NCBI RefSeq assembly: GCF_050920415.1
Contig: NZ_CP169309.1
Reading direction: 5' to 3' (one strand)
DNA from: Escherichia coli
GTDB taxonomy: Bacteria; Pseudomonadota; Gammaproteobacteria; Enterobacterales; Enterobacteriaceae
Length of the DNA stretch: 64,000 nt
Below the pieces are notes generated by a model, which was not told the origin of the DNA, made no database searches, and saw only the letters and a program-made list of their open reading frames with translations. How positions within the stretch are numbered: the stretch's first letter is position 1; every line of letters begins with the position of its first letter. Positions 20,581-34,995 of the stretch are shown in pieces. The translations under genes were made by a program, and so were the position numbers.

Positions 20581-21963
20581 TTATCCCACCAGCATCCAGG
20601 TCGCCGGAACTGAGGCAATTAACAGCATGCCAATCAGCACCATTTCCTGACGATTCAGTACATTATCATGTGTATGCGTTTTACGCGCGTACAGGAAGAC
20701 CAGTAGCCCTGGCGCATACAGAACGACGGACAACAGCAGATGCATTGGACCAGAGGCGTACAATAACCATAAGCCATAAATGCAGGCACCGACACCTACC
20801 GCCTTATGCAGTGGACGGGTTGCGATTTTCAGTAAGAACGCGCCGACCAGGAAATAGGGCACCAGAATCATTTCTGAGGCGATGGTCAGCAATGTGTTGT
20901 AATCGGAACCGGTCAGCCAGATGAGCACCAGACAAATTTGCACGCAGATGTTGGTCAGCCACAGTGAGGCGGATGGCGCGGCTTGTGCGTTCTGGCGCGC
21001 AAAAATGCGCGGGAATGCTTTATGGGTGGCTGCCAGGAACGGAACTTCTGCCGCCATGATGGTCCAGCTTAAGTACGCACCGCAAACGGAAACGATCAAA
21101 CCGGCAGCGATGATGATTTCGCCCCACGGTCCCATCATTTCCACCATCAGACCGGCCATTGACGGGTTACGAATTTCAGCCAGTTCAGGACGTGCTACCA
21201 CGCCCAGCGAAAGCAGCGTTACCAGCAAGTAAACGCCCAGAGCGGAGAGAACCGCCAGCAGTGTTGCTTTACCTACATCACGTTTATTACGCGCACGCGC
21301 CGAAACGACCACAGCACCTTCCACACCAATGAAAACCCACAGGGTGATCAGCATGGTGTTTTTCACCTGTTCCCATACCGGTACGCCAAGTGCAAGGCCA
21401 GTAAAGTCGAGCTTGAAGGTGTCCAGTTTGAACATCATCATCGCCAGCACAATAAACAGGCCCAGCGGCAACAATTTTGCCAGTGTCGCCACCAGGTTAA
21501 TGCTGGCAGCGGTTTGTACCCCGCGCAGGATCAAAAAGTGAACAATCCACAATAAAGCCGAGGCACCGACGATCGATTGCCAGGTATTGCCATCGCCAAA
21601 CAGACGCAATTCCGGCGTGTCCGTAAAAAAGCTTAACGCGGAAAAAACGATCACCAGATAGGAGACGTTGGCGATAACCGCGCACAGCCAGTACCCCCAT
21701 GCGGAACAAAAGCCGATTAACTCACCAAACCCTTCGCGGGCATAGGTAAAGATGCCGCCGTCAAGCTCGGGGCGAATGCGTGTGAGGATCAGCATGGCAA
21801 AGGCCAGCAATAAAATGCCAGCACCAGTAATGCTCCAGCCGATGAGCAGTGCTGCCGGGCTGGCAACTGCCGCCATATTTTGCGGCAGACTGAAAACACC
21901 CGCGCCCAGCATTGAGCTTAATACCAGCGCGGTGAGTGCGCTCAGTCCCAGTTTCTTTTCCAT
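20581..21963 (-). CDS. ydgI: APC-family putative arginine/ornithine antiporter YdgI (460 aa)
   Basis: 12-TM amino-acid transporter-like sequence; length and neighbourhood match ydgI. Confidence 0.85.
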   Translation of the reverse strand: MEKKLGLSALTALVLSSMLGAGVFSLPQNMAAVASPAALLIGWSITGAGILLLAFAMLILTRIRPELDGGIFTYAREGFGELIGFCSAWGYWLCAVIANVSYLVIVFSALSFFTDTPELRLFGDGNTWQSIVGASALLWIVHFLILRGVQTAASINLVATLAKLLPLGLFIVLAMMMFKLDTFKLDFTGLALGVPVWEQVKNTMLITLWVFIGVEGAVVVSARARNKRDVGKATLLAVLSALGVYLLVTLLSLGVVARPELAEIRNPSMAGLMVEMMGPWGEIIIAAGLIVSVCGAYLSWTIMAAEVPFLAATHKAFPRIFARQNAQAAPSASLWLTNICVQICLVLIWLTGSDYNTLLTIASEMILVPYFLVGAFLLKIATRPLHKAVGVGACIYGLWLLYASGPMHLLLSVVLYAPGLLVFLYARKTHTHDNVLNRQEMVLIGMLLIASVPATWMLVG

Positions 21964-22094
21964 CGATATCCAGTGGTTAAAACGTGATTAGAAGAATAAA
22001 TATTAGGGCAAAACGCATAAAAATGGAGTTTGCCACTGAAGCGCGGGATTTTACGAAGAGATGTGTCTGCATGCAATGGTCGTGGGGAAATTTG

Positions 22095-22130
22095 TGACTA
22101 AAAATGCTAAAGGCGGCATTAAGCCGCCTT
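22095..22130 (-). terminator. Rho-independent terminator downstream of ydgH (AAGGCGGC-loop-GCCGCCTT)
   Basis: Perfect 8-bp stem; on the minus strand it is followed by a U-rich tract (AGCAUUUUUAG). Confidence 0.6.
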
Positions 22131-22148
22131 ATAGTGGTAACTGAATAG

Positions 22149-23093
22149 TTATTTATACAGATCTGCGCTAACGGTGAGGTTATTACCACGTTCCTGCCAC
22201 TGGCGGGTGATGTGGTAATACTTAGCGCCTTTCTTCGCGGCACGTTTTGCAACCTGATAGGAGACTTCGGTCATGTTGCCATAGTTGCCAGAGAATTTGA
22301 TGCTGTCGAATGGAACCATCATCGCTGCTGTTGCTTTGTTCAGTTCTTCGACTTTAGTACCATCAGGAAGCGTGACAGTGTAACGCCCGCCTTTTGATGA
22401 CTGGGTTTCAAAGAAGCGACCAACTTCAGAACTTGGTGATGCGGTTGTCGCAACCCCTGGGATCTCTACTTTCTTCGCTGCTTCGCCACCCGCAGCGAGA
22501 GCTGCACGTCCCGCTTCGGAATCTGCCGGGATCACATCCGGGCTTTGTACGACGCGTTTCTTAGCATCTTTTTTATAGATGAACGCTGTAATGCGCTGGT
22601 TACCGCCCCGGTTAGCATCGATTTGACGAACAATGTAGAAAGCGTAAGCGCCTTTCGCTTTTGCCGCTTTGGTGATGGCGTCATTGACTTCAGGCTGGCT
22701 ACGATAGAAGCCCTGAACGGTAACCGTATCAAACGGTTCAATCAGAACGGCCTGATCTTTTGGCAGTTCGACAACACCGTTGATAACGCGATTACTTGTT
22801 TCTTCGGCTTTTTCAGCATCGGCTTTATAGAGGTCAGCGACCACACGCCAGTTACCGCTGTTACCAAAATCAGAAGTGTCGACAACATAAAAAGAGGCGG
22901 CACCTTCTTTATCAGCGCGACGAGAAACGGCTTTCACCGCTTCGCCAATAGCATTAAAACGACCGGTAACCACTACACGGTCAAAAGGTTTAACCGCTGC
23001 CGCTTGCTCCGGTGTCAGTTCTGTTGCTGCGTTAACGGAAAAGGCCGTAGCAGAAAGCAGTGCCGACGCCAGGAGGGTGTTCTTAAGCTTCAT
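22149..23093 (-). CDS. ydgH: DUF1471-family periplasmic protein YdgH (314 aa)
   Basis: Signal peptide MKLKNTLLASALLSATAFSVNA; three internal repeat modules typical of YdgH. Confidence 0.85.
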   Translation of the reverse strand: MKLKNTLLASALLSATAFSVNAATELTPEQAAAVKPFDRVVVTGRFNAIGEAVKAVSRRADKEGAASFYVVDTSDFGNSGNWRVVADLYKADAEKAEETSNRVINGVVELPKDQAVLIEPFDTVTVQGFYRSQPEVNDAITKAAKAKGAYAFYIVRQIDANRGGNQRITAFIYKKDAKKRVVQSPDVIPADSEAGRAALAAGGEAAKKVEIPGVATTASPSSEVGRFFETQSSKGGRYTVTLPDGTKVEELNKATAAMMVPFDSIKFSGNYGNMTEVSYQVAKRAAKKGAKYYHITRQWQERGNNLTVSADLYK

Positions 23094-23553
23094 AAAAATA
23101 ATCCTTCGCCTTGCGCAAACCAGGTACTGGTATTGTTATTAACGAGAAACGTGGCTGATTATTGCATTTAAACGGTGTAACTGTCTGCGTCATTTTTCAT
23201 ATCACATTCCTTAAGCCAATTTTAATCCTGTTCAAATGACGGTCTATGCTTAAAAAACAGCCGTATCAGCATCAATACTACTGAAGCAACTGAATTGTAT
23301 AAGTTAATTTAATGTTAAGTAATGATTCGTGCCGGGGCGATATCACGTTTTACCTGTCCACCGAAGATAATTATCAGTCTTTATCTAGCGTTCTAAGGTG
23401 TTTATCCCACTATCACGGCTGAATCGTTAATATTTTGCGAGTTCACGCCGAAATACTGATTTTTGGCGCTAGATCACAGGCATAATTTTCAGTACGTTAT
23501 AGGGCGTTTGTTACTAATTTATTTTAACGGAGTAACATTTAGCTCGTACATGA

Positions 23554-25149
<1,596 letters not shown>

Positions 25150-25156
25150 GGGGTAA

Positions 25157-26548
<1,392 letters not shown>

Positions 26549-26552
26549 ACTT

Positions 26553-26574
26553 GACGGCCTCTGCGGAGGCCGTC
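26553..26574. terminator. Hairpin GACGGCCTC-TGCG-GAGGCCGTC between convergent pntB and tqsA; probable bidirectional terminator
   Basis: Perfect 9-bp stem with tetraloop; its 3' flank overlaps the tqsA stop. Confidence 0.55.
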
Positions 26575-27607
26575 ACTCTTTATTGAGATCGCTTAACAGA
26601 ACGGCGATGCTTTGACCTCCCGCTGTTTGTTCAAGCGCAATTTTGACAATAATTGTCAACGGCACGGAAAGCAGCATACCCACCGGTCCTAACAACCATC
26701 CCCAAAAAATCAACGACAGAAATACCACCAATGTGGAAAGCCCCAGCCCACGCCCCATGATCCGCGGCTCCAGAATATTGCCGAAGACCAGATTAATCAG
26801 CAGATATCCCGCCAGCACCAGCAACGCTTCGTAGAAGCCATTAAACACCAGTACCTGAGCGATAGGGGGGATTGCCGCGAGGACTGAACCAATATTCGGG
26901 ATGTAATTAAGCGCAAAGGCCAGCAATCCCCAGACAAAAGCGAAGCGAACATCGAGTGCGGCGAGCATCGCCCAGGCGACCAGGCCGGTGATGATGCTGA
27001 TGGCTGTTTTCAGCACCAGATAATGAGACACACTGTCAATCGCACGCTGAATCGCCGCCATCCCTTCAACCGGACGCGCCATCATTTGCTGAAATTTTCC
27101 GGGCAATTGTGGCACTTCGAGCAGCATAAACAGCACCGTCAGCAGCAATAAAAATATTGATGACATGGCATTAGATAACTGCGTCAATAAGTTGGTGAGC
27201 AACGTCATCGCCGCGTTCGGATCAATGTAATGCGCCAGTTGGTCAACTGAGACGTCAATCCCTACGCGTTGCAACAACGGTTCAAGAGCTTGCAGCGGCG
27301 TCATAATAGAGTTGCGATATTGCGGTAACGTCCGCGTCAACTCGTTGAGCGCGGAACCCAGATAAGCTAACAGCAACACCATCGCCATCACGATGATGGT
27401 CATCAAAATCGACACCGCCAGTACACGCGGCACTCGCCAGCGGACCATGTGTTGCACCAGCGGGTTAAGAATAACAGCAATAAATAATGCGAGAATAAAC
27501 GGCACGAGGATCTCGGCGGCAAAACGGATACCGCAGAGAATAATGACCAGCATTCCCAACATAATGACGATTTTTAGACCATTGAGCGTGATGATCGGCT
27601 TTGCCAT
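26573..27607 (-). CDS. tqsA: AI-2 exporter TqsA (344 aa), AI-2E/PerM family
   Basis: Polytopic membrane protein of the right length and position. Confidence 0.88.
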   Translation of the reverse strand: MAKPIITLNGLKIVIMLGMLVIILCGIRFAAEILVPFILALFIAVILNPLVQHMVRWRVPRVLAVSILMTIIVMAMVLLLAYLGSALNELTRTLPQYRNSIMTPLQALEPLLQRVGIDVSVDQLAHYIDPNAAMTLLTNLLTQLSNAMSSIFLLLLTVLFMLLEVPQLPGKFQQMMARPVEGMAAIQRAIDSVSHYLVLKTAISIITGLVAWAMLAALDVRFAFVWGLLAFALNYIPNIGSVLAAIPPIAQVLVFNGFYEALLVLAGYLLINLVFGNILEPRIMGRGLGLSTLVVFLSLIFWGWLLGPVGMLLSVPLTIIVKIALEQTAGGQSIAVLLSDLNKE

Positions 27608-28018
27608 GCTTGTCCCCGTTTTTTCTTTCTTTGCTAATAATAATGTCTTTTTCGTTCCGTCATCATAACGAAAATCAATCCGCTCGGGTAAAGAAGTGAA
27701 AATATTTTGAGTTAATTCTTAAGCTATGATACAAATCAGGCGTGTTCAACTACCGAGGACAATTATCATCCGCGATGATGAGAAGCAACACTGCGGATAA
27801 TTGTAATATTATGGACAATTTGTTCAGGACGTTATTTTCTACATTTACCCATCTTCGTACCTCATCCACTATCTTGCTCGTAGGTGAGCAGCACTGGCGC
27901 AACGCGCTTTAGTCCTTTCTTCTGCCTAACCTTGCGCTATGCGCGGGGCTTGATCACTTTGCTCTGGTTTCGCTGAATTGAGCGAAAGATAAAATAATTC
28001 TCTTGCAGGAGAAGGACG

Positions 28019-28384
28019 ATGTATATTTATTGGATTTTATTAGGTCTGGCTATTGCTACGGAAATTACCGGCACGCTGTCAATGAAATGGGCGAGCGTCA
28101 GTGAGGGTAATGGCGGTTTTATTTTAATGCTGGTGATGATTTCTCTGTCGTATATATTTCTCTCCTTCGCCGTTAAAAAAATCGCCTTAGGCGTAGCTTA
28201 TGCGCTGTGGGAAGGTATCGGTATTTTATTGATTACCTTGTTTAGCGTTTTGTTATTCGATGAAAGTTTATCGCTGATGAAAATTGCCGGGTTAACCACC
28301 CTGGTGGCCGGGATTGTGTTAATCAAATCAGGTACCCGTAAAGCGTGTAAACCTGAGCCGGAGGTGAACCATGGCGCAGTTTGA
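28019..28384 (+). CDS. mdtJ: SMR-family spermidine export protein MdtJ (121 aa)
   Basis: [26 protein letters not shown]...; four TM helices; overlaps the mdtI start. Confidence 0.9.
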   Translation: MYIYWILLGLAIATEITGTLSMKWASVSEGNGGFILMLVMISLSYIFLSFAVKKIALGVAYALWEGIGILLITLFSVLLFDESLSLMKIAGLTTLVAGIVLIKSGTRKACKPEPEVNHGAV

Positions 28385-28700
28385 ATGGGTTCACGCCGCC
28401 TGGCTGGCATTGGCAATCGTGCTGGAAATCGTTGCTAACGTTTTTTTGAAATTTTCTGACGGCTTTCGTCGCAAAATATTTGGCGTGCTCTCTCTGGCGG
28501 CGGTGCTGGCTGCCTTTAGTGCGCTTTCTCAGGCCGTTAAAGGGATCGACTTGTCTGTCGCTTATGCATTGTGGGGCGGATTTGGTATTGCCGCCACGTT
28601 AGCCGCAGGTTGGATCTTGTTTGGTCAACGGTTAAATCGTAAAGGCTGGATTGGTCTGGTCTTGCTGTTGGCTGGAATGATTATGGTGAAGTTTGCCTGA
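28371..28700 (+). CDS. mdtI: SMR-family spermidine export protein MdtI (109 aa)
   Basis: [32 protein letters not shown]...; overlaps mdtJ by 14 bp. Confidence 0.9.
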   Translation: MAQFEWVHAAWLALAIVLEIVANVFLKFSDGFRRKIFGVLSLAAVLAAFSALSQAVKGIDLSVAYALWGGFGIAATLAAGWILFGQRLNRKGWIGLVLLLAGMIMVKFA

Positions 28701-28738
28701 TGAACACGCTGCCCGTGCTGTCGGGCAGCGTTTGAATG

Positions 28739-29560
28739 CTATTTTTGCAAAAGTTGGTCTAGCTTGTCGCGAAAACCAGTGACAGAAATGGCCCGGTTAT
28801 CGGCACGCCAGCGATCTTTCGCGGCAGGAGCCGAACTTTGCACGCCAATTAACTGCCAGCCGTCATCGGTATGCAACATCAGAGGCGAACCGCTATCACC
28901 CGGCAAAGTATCGCACTGATGCGACATCACCGACGTTTGCGCCCAGCCAGTTACTTCGCAATTTTGATGACTGTATAGCGTATCGAGGTGATCTTCAGGA
29001 TATCCCGCTTGAGTCACTTTTCGACCTGCCGCTTTTAATGCGGCGGTAAGTGCGGCTTTATCTCCCGCAAATAACGGCAACGGTGTAATGCCAGAAGGGG
29101 GATTACGTAGCACAATCAAACCGAAGTCCCACGGCGCAGCTGCGGGAGGAACAATCCAACCATCCCCATCTGCTTTTAACCGCTTTCCCAGTGTCGGGTC
29201 AACGCGGCCTTCTATGTCGTGGATCTCATAGCGCCAAAGACCTTTACTTGACACAAAACGCAGCGCCACCGCTTTATCGGCTTTACCCTTTGGCGGCGTC
29301 AATAAACAGTGTCCTGCCGTTAATGCCAGATTGGGTGCAATCAGCGTCGCCGTACATAAATTGCCGCTGGCCGTTTCCAGTTGCCCAACCGCATCCCACG
29401 GTGATTGGGTCGTGTCATTCACGGGCACACGATCATCATGACCAAAAAACAGGGTGCTGACCTCATCGTTTGCCGATTTGGCAACGTCTGGTTTATCTGC
29501 AAACACAAAAGCAGACGTCAAACTAATTGCACCCAACACTACAGCAATGGTTGTACGCAT
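28739..29560 (-). CDS. ydgD: Putative secreted trypsin-like serine peptidase YdgD (273 aa)
   Basis: Signal peptide; trypsin-like motifs TAGHC (His) and GDSGSPL (Ser). Confidence 0.85.
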   Translation of the reverse strand: MRTTIAVVLGAISLTSAFVFADKPDVAKSANDEVSTLFFGHDDRVPVNDTTQSPWDAVGQLETASGNLCTATLIAPNLALTAGHCLLTPPKGKADKAVALRFVSSKGLWRYEIHDIEGRVDPTLGKRLKADGDGWIVPPAAAPWDFGLIVLRNPPSGITPLPLFAGDKAALTAALKAAGRKVTQAGYPEDHLDTLYSHQNCEVTGWAQTSVMSHQCDTLPGDSGSPLMLHTDDGWQLIGVQSSAPAAKDRWRADNRAISVTGFRDKLDQLLQK

Positions 29561-29659
29561 ATCACACTCTGGTGGGTAATTATGATTATTAAAAGCAAAC
29601 CCTCATAAATACTATAGACGGGACGGGATGAAAGTGGGAGTAAAATCAGATAACTACGA

Positions 29660-29743
29660 TCAGGAAAGATAAAAACGGGTGGCAATCAGTGCGCATAAAA
29701 TAAGGATGATAAGAATGAACTCAAAGCGATAACGGCCCACCAT
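29660..29743 (-). CDS. ydgU: Small hydrophobic protein YdgU (27 aa)
   Basis: Minus-strand ORF MVGRYRFEFILIILILCALIATRFYLS between ydgD and asr; too short for the ORF track, found by hand translation. Confidence 0.55.
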   Translation of the reverse strand: MVGRYRFEFILIILILCALIATRFYLS

Positions 29744-29835
29744 ACTACCCTCCGCTAAAGGCGGTGCTAAACGTTACCCGCTTAGCACCGTAATTTTCAG
29801 GCGCGAGGGGGCGCGCCAGCATTACTGTTGAAAAC

Positions 29836-30144
29836 TTACGCTGCGGGTTGTGCAGCAGGTTTTGCCGGTTGCTGATGGCTGTGTTTCTTGGCGTGTTTCT
29901 TCGCTGCCTGCGCTTTTTGTTCAGGGGCTTTCTGTTCAGCTTTCGCATTTTTATGATGCTTTTTAGCCGCCTGCGCTTTCTGGGCAGGTGCTGCTTTATG
30001 CTGTTTTTTATGATGTGTAGTTTTCGCCGGCGCTGCTTTGGTGGTCGTCGCAGTCGGAGCAGGTGTGGTCGCAGTCTCTGCAGCAAAGGCGGCAGAAGAC
30101 AGACCCATAGCAGCGGCAACAACCAGAGCTAATACTTTTTTCAT
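29836..30144 (-). CDS. asr: Acid shock protein Asr (102 aa)
   Basis: Signal peptide [21 protein letters not shown] followed by Lys/Ala/His/Gln-rich low-complexity repeats; start taken at internal ATG 30142-30144. Confidence 0.88.
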   Translation of the reverse strand: MKKVLALVVAAAMGLSSAAFAAETATTPAPTATTTKAAPAKTTHHKKQHKAAPAQKAQAAKKHHKNAKAEQKAPEQKAQAAKKHAKKHSHQQPAKPAAQPAA

Positions 30145-30524
30145 TGTCATACCCTCAATTTGTTTTTTCATTTAACCCCACTGCGGGGCCGTTGAAATAA
30201 CTATATCCCTGGGAATGGCAGACTTCCGTGAGTGGTTGGTTTCAGCGTGTAACGATATGTACAAACGTTAAATAAATTACAGCGTTGATAATAACGTATT
30301 GTGACTTAAGGGAAATTTAGCTACCAATAATAGTAGTCTTGATCGGGTTAACTATTTTACTACTTACAAAGCGGTAGAATAACTGCGCATCAGTAATAAA
30401 TGACACACAGCAAAATGAATCCGTTTATTTGGGTACTTATAATCCTGATGACACTAGATGCGCTGCGGGAATTGGCTGGCGCTTCGTCTATTTTAGGATG
30501 GCTATTAACGTTGGTTTGAGCAGG

Positions 30525-30564
30525 CAATAAGTCCGGATGGGTATTTACCGCAGTCCGGACTTAT
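30525..30564. repeat. Perfect 12-bp inverted repeat (AATAAGTCCGGA ... TCCGGACTTATT) with 16-nt loop, just downstream of ynfM
   Basis: Read directly; followed by TTT on the plus strand. Coordinates may be off by 1 (a line-count inconsistency was noticed here). Confidence 0.5.
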
Positions 30565-30566
30565 TT

Positions 30567-31820
30567 TTAGGCGTGCAGACGACGATGCAAACGCGTCCCG
30601 ACCAGCAGAGCAATGACCAGCATCAGAGCAATAAATGCGCCGACGCCGTTCCAGCCATAGTTATGCCAGAAAACACCACCCAGCGTCCCGGCAATACTCG
30701 ACCCCAAATAGTAACTGAACAGATACAGCGAGGAGGCCTGGCCTTTAGCGCGTTTTGCGCGGGGGCCGATCCAGCTGCTGGCAACGGAGTGGGCTGCGAA
30801 GAATCCGGCTGAGAAGAGTAACATTCCGGCAAAGATTAGCCACAGCGAGCTGAATAAGGTCATCAGTAAACCAAACAGCATAACCCCCGTCGAAAACAAC
30901 ATCACCGGACCGCGCCCATAACGGGTGGTCATGGTTCCGGCTTTGGGTGAGCTCCATGTACCGGTCAAATAAGCCAGCGATAATAAGCCAACCACGGCCT
31001 GACTGACATGCCAGGGGGAAAGCATCAACCTATAGCCGATGTAATTAAACAGCGTGACGAACGACCCCATCAGCAAAAAGCCTTCTGCGAACAATAACGG
31101 CAATCCCCGGTCACGCCAGTGCAGACGAAAGTTGATAAATAACGTCTTTGGTCGCAGGGAAGTCGGGCGAAAATGGCGTGATTCCGGGAGGATTTTCCAG
31201 AACATCAACGCCGAGGCCAGCGCGAAACAGCCGATAGCCGCCAGAGCAATTCGCCAGTTGAAAAAGTCCGTGAAGACACCGCTAATTAAGCGTCCGCTCA
31301 TGCCGCCAATTGAGTTGCCGCTGATATACAACCCCATCGAAAAGGCCACGAAACTGGGGTGGATTTCCTCGCTAAGATAAGTCATGCCAACAGCTGCCAC
31401 GCCACTTAACGAAAGCCCAATCAAGGCGCGCATAATCAAAATGCCGTGCCAGCTGGTCATCATTGTCGAAAGTAACGTACAAATGGAGGCCAACAGTAGC
31501 GCCGTGACCATCACTGGTTTGCGACCAATGGCATCGGATAGCGGGCCAGTAAACAGCAAACCGATAGCCAACATCGCCGTTGAAATGGACAGTGAAATAC
31601 TACTGTTCGCAGGCGTTAAGCCAAACTCCTGCGAAAGCACCGGAAGGATAGGTTGCACACAATAGAGAAGTGCGAAGGTTGCCAGTCCGGCAGAGAAAAG
31701 CGCCAGGGTGACGCGCATAAATTGCGGCGTACCGCGTTTAATAAATTGATTTGGCTGAGAAATGCTTTGCTTGTCAGTGACGCTTGCCGGAGCGCCATCA
31801 ACAGTTGTAGTACGGCTCAC
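30567..31820 (-). CDS. ynfM: MFS transporter YnfM (417 aa)
   Basis: GTG start; 12-TM MFS topology; position between asr and ynfL. Confidence 0.88.
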   Translation of the reverse strand: MSRTTTVDGAPASVTDKQSISQPNQFIKRGTPQFMRVTLALFSAGLATFALLYCVQPILPVLSQEFGLTPANSSISLSISTAMLAIGLLFTGPLSDAIGRKPVMVTALLLASICTLLSTMMTSWHGILIMRALIGLSLSGVAAVGMTYLSEEIHPSFVAFSMGLYISGNSIGGMSGRLISGVFTDFFNWRIALAAIGCFALASALMFWKILPESRHFRPTSLRPKTLFINFRLHWRDRGLPLLFAEGFLLMGSFVTLFNYIGYRLMLSPWHVSQAVVGLLSLAYLTGTWSSPKAGTMTTRYGRGPVMLFSTGVMLFGLLMTLFSSLWLIFAGMLLFSAGFFAAHSVASSWIGPRAKRAKGQASSLYLFSYYLGSSIAGTLGGVFWHNYGWNGVGAFIALMLVIALLVGTRLHRRLHA

Positions 31821-31926
31821 TTGAAATCCTTGCTAAATATGCCTGTGGATCAGGCTTATGAATAGATTAGGAAAATCGAATTGTTCTGTCTAATATATTA
31901 ATAATCTCAAATAAGATGTTTTAAAT

Positions 31927-32820
31927 ATGAATATTGAACTTCGTCATCTGCGTTACTTTGTTGCTGTTGCGGAAGAGCTGCATTTCGGGCGCGCCGCTGC
32001 CCGTCTGAATATTTCGCAACCACCGCTAAGTCAGCAGATTCAGGCGCTGGAGCAACAAATTGGTGCCCGACTGCTGGCAAGGACCAATCGCAGTGTATTG
32101 CTGACGGAAGCAGGAAAACAGTTTCTTGCAGATAGTCGGCAAATCCTGTCTATGGTGGATGACGCTGCCGCTCGCGCTGAAAGGCTGCATCAGGGCGAAG
32201 CGGGGGAGTTGCGCATTGGTTTTACTTCGTCCGCTCCTTTTATTCGGGCGGTGTCCGATACGTTATCGCTGTTTCGTCGTGATTATCCCGATGTCCATTT
32301 ACAAACCCGCGAAATGAACACTCGCGAGCAAATCGCTCCGCTCATTGAAGGAACGCTGGATATGGGATTGCTGCGTAACACAGCGTTACCGGAGACGCTT
32401 GAACACGCAGTCATCGTCCATGAACCGCTTATGGCGATGATCCCGCACGATCATCCCCTGGCAAATAACCCGAGTGTAACGCTGGCTGAACTGGCGAAAG
32501 AACCCTTTGTCTTTTTTGATCCGCACGTAGGGACAGGGCTGTATGACGATATTCTCGGGCTGATGAGACGTTACAATTTGACGCCCGTCATCACTCAGGA
32601 GGTGGGTGAGGCAATGACCATCATCGGTCTGGTTTCCGCTGGTCTGGGTGTTTCAATTTTGCCTGCGTCATTTAAACGTGTTCAGCTCAACGAAATGCGC
32701 TGGGTGCCGATTGCTGAAGAGGATGCGGTTTCTGAAATGTGGTTGGTCTGGCCGAAACACCATGAACAAAGTCCGGCTGCGCGTAACTTTCGTATTCATC
32801 TGCTGAATGCTCTCAGGTGA
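31927..32820 (+). CDS. ynfL: LysR-family transcriptional regulator YnfL (297 aa)
   Basis: N-terminal LysR HTH (MNIELRHLRYFVAVAEELHFGRAAARLNISQPPLSQQIQALE); divergent from ynfM. Confidence 0.88.
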   Translation: MNIELRHLRYFVAVAEELHFGRAAARLNISQPPLSQQIQALEQQIGARLLARTNRSVLLTEAGKQFLADSRQILSMVDDAAARAERLHQGEAGELRIGFTSSAPFIRAVSDTLSLFRRDYPDVHLQTREMNTREQIAPLIEGTLDMGLLRNTALPETLEHAVIVHEPLMAMIPHDHPLANNPSVTLAELAKEPFVFFDPHVGTGLYDDILGLMRRYNLTPVITQEVGEAMTIIGLVSAGLGVSILPASFKRVQLNEMRWVPIAEEDAVSEMWLVWPKHHEQSPAARNFRIHLLNALR

Positions 32821-32954
32821 GGGAAATTTCAGCGAAAAAGCCCGAAAAATGTGCTGTTAATCACATGCCTAAGTAAAAATTTGACGACACGTATTGAAGT
32901 GCTTCACCATAGCCTACAGATTATTTCGGAGCGCGAAAATATAGGGAGTATGCG

Positions 32955-34175
32955 GTGGTTGCTGAAAACCAGCCTGGGCACATTGATCAAATAAAGCAGA
33001 CCAACGCGGGCGCGGTTTATCGCCTGATTGATCAGCTTGGTCCAGTCTCGCGTATCGATCTTTCCCGTCTGGCGCAACTGGCTCCTGCCAGTATCACCAA
33101 AATTGTCCGTGAGATGCTCGAAGCACACCTGGTGCAAGAGCTGGAAATCAAAGAAGCGGGGAACCGTGGCCGTCCGGCGGTGGGGCTGGTGGTTGAAACT
33201 GAAGCCTGGCACTATCTTTCTCTGCGCATTAGTCGCGGGGAGATTTTCCTTGCTTTGCGCGATCTGAGCAGCAAACTAGTGGTGGAGGAGTCGCAGGAAC
33301 TGGCGTTAAAAGATGACTCGCCATTGTTGGATCGTATCATTTCCCATATCGATCAGTTTTTTATCCGCCATCAGAAAAAACTTGAGCGTCTGACTTCTAT
33401 TGCCATTACCTTGCCGGGAATTATTGATACGGAAAATGGTATTGTACATCGCATGCCGTTCTACGAGGATGTAAAAGAGATGCCGCTCGGCGAGGCGCTG
33501 GAGCAGCATACCGGCGTACCGGTTTATATTCAGCATGATATCAGCGCATGGACGATGGCTGAGGCTTTGTTTGGTGCCTCACGCGGGGCGCGCGATGTGA
33601 TTCAGGTGGTTATCGATCACAACGTGGGGGCGGGCGTCATTACCGATGGTCATCTGCTACACGCAGGCAGCAGTAGCCTCGTGGAAATAGGTCACACGCA
33701 GGTCGACCCGTATGGGAAACGCTGTTATTGCGGGAATCACGGCTGCCTCGAAACCATCGCCAGTGTGGACAGTATTCTTGAGCTGGCACAGCTGCGTCTC
33801 AATCAATCCATGAGCTCGATGTTACATGGACAGCCGTTAACCGTTGACTCATTGTGTCAGGCGGCATTGCGCGGCGATCTGCTGGCAAAAGACATCATTA
33901 CCGGGGTGGGCGCGCATGTCGGGCGCATTCTTGCCATCATGGTGAATTTATTTAACCCACAAAAAATACTGATTGGCTCACCGTTAAGTAAAGCGGCAGA
34001 TATCCTCTTCCCGGTCATCTCGGACAGCATCCGTCAGCAGGCCCTTCCTGCGTATAGTCAGCACATTAGCGTTGAGAGTACTCAGTTTTCTAACCAGGGT
34101 ACTATGGCAGGGGCTGCGCTGGTAAAAGACGCGATGTATAACGGTTCTTTGTTGATTCGTCTGTTGCAGGGTTAA
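32955..34175 (+). CDS. mlc: ROK-family global regulator Mlc/DgsA (406 aa)
   Basis: GTG start; N-terminal HTH plus ROK sugar-kinase-like domain with zinc motif CYCGNHGCLE. Confidence 0.92.
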   Translation: MVAENQPGHIDQIKQTNAGAVYRLIDQLGPVSRIDLSRLAQLAPASITKIVREMLEAHLVQELEIKEAGNRGRPAVGLVVETEAWHYLSLRISRGEIFLALRDLSSKLVVEESQELALKDDSPLLDRIISHIDQFFIRHQKKLERLTSIAITLPGIIDTENGIVHRMPFYEDVKEMPLGEALEQHTGVPVYIQHDISAWTMAEALFGASRGARDVIQVVIDHNVGAGVITDGHLLHAGSSSLVEIGHTQVDPYGKRCYCGNHGCLETIASVDSILELAQLRLNQSMSSMLHGQPLTVDSLCQAALRGDLLAKDIITGVGAHVGRILAIMVNLFNPQKILIGSPLSKAADILFPVISDSIRQQALPAYSQHISVESTQFSNQGTMAGAALVKDAMYNGSLLIRLLQG

Positions 34176-34299
34176 CATTTTTTAACTGTTCTACCAAAAT
34201 TTGCGCTATCTCAATTTGGGCCAGGAAAGCATAACTTAGACTTTCAAGGTTAATTATTTTCCTGGTTTATATTTGTGAAGCATAACGGTGGAGTTAGTG

Positions 34300-34995
34300 A
34301 TGCTGAAGCGTTTCTTTATTACCGGTACAGACACTTCTGTAGGGAAAACGGTGGTTTCCCGCGCATTGCTACAAGCGTTAGCCTCCCAGGGAAAAACGGT
34401 TGCGGGATATAAACCCGTAGCGAAGGGGAGCAAAGAGACACCCGAAGGGCTGCGTAATAAAGATGCCCTGGTGTTGCAGAGTGTTTCAACCATCGAACTG
34501 CCTTATGAAGCAGTTAATCCTATCGCGTTAAGCGAAGAAGAAAGTAGCGTGGCGCACAGTTGCCCAATCAATTACACCCTCATTTCAAACGGCCTGGCAA
34601 ACCTGACCGATAAAGTCGATCATGTCGTGGTAGAAGGGACTGGCGGCTGGCGCAGTCTGATGAATGATTTACGTCCGCTCTCTGAATGGGTGGTGCAGGA
34701 ACAACTGCCGGTGTTGATGGTTGTCGGTATTCAGGAAGGTTGCATTAACCATGCACTGCTGACAGCTCAGGCGATTGCCAACGACGGGCTGCCGCTCATT
34801 GGCTGGGTGGCTAACCGAATCAACCCAGGACTGGCGCATTATGCGGAAATCATTGATGTGCTGGGTAAAAAACTTCCAGCACCGCTCATTGGTGAACTGC
34901 CTTATTTACCGCGCGCCGAACAGCGTGAACTGGGGCAATACATCCGCTTAGCTATGCTGCGCAGTGTGCTGGCGGTAGATAGAGTCACGGTGTAA
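34300..34995 (+). CDS. ynfK: Dethiobiotin synthetase paralogue YnfK/BioD2 (231 aa)
   Basis: Recognised start [26 protein letters not shown] at internal ATG 34300; P-loop GTDTSVGKT. Confidence 0.85.
   Translation: MLKRFFITGTDTSVGKTVVSRALLQALASQGKTVAGYKPVAKGSKETPEGLRNKDALVLQSVSTIELPYEAVNPIALSEEESSVAHSCPINYTLISNGLANLTDKVDHVVVEGTGGWRSLMNDLRPLSEWVVQEQLPVLMVVGIQEGCINHALLTAQAIANDGLPLIGWVANRINPGLAHYAEIIDVLGKKLPAPLIGELPYLPRAEQRELGQYIRLAMLRSVLAVDRVTV

Noticed and set aside
29745-30132. Two Arg/Lys-rich ORFs (29745..30122 minus, 29848..30132 plus) overlapping asr
   Set aside because: They are alternate-frame and antisense readings of the repetitive Lys/Ala/His-rich asr coding sequence, not independent genes.
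29836-30144. Short tandem repeat structure inside asr, considered as a possible CRISPR-like or VNTR array
   Set aside because: The repeats are in-frame coding repeats of the acid shock protein (KK(H/Q)HK and AAP/AQK units); no spacer/repeat periodicity and no cas genes nearby.
34948-34995. 48-bp overlap of the convergent ynfK and clcB 3' ends, considered as a possible mis-assembly or regulatory antisense overlap
   Set aside because: Both genes are full length with normal termini, and I recall the same convergent overlap at this locus in K-12; the adjacent fumC/tus and ynfC/speG ends are similarly tight.
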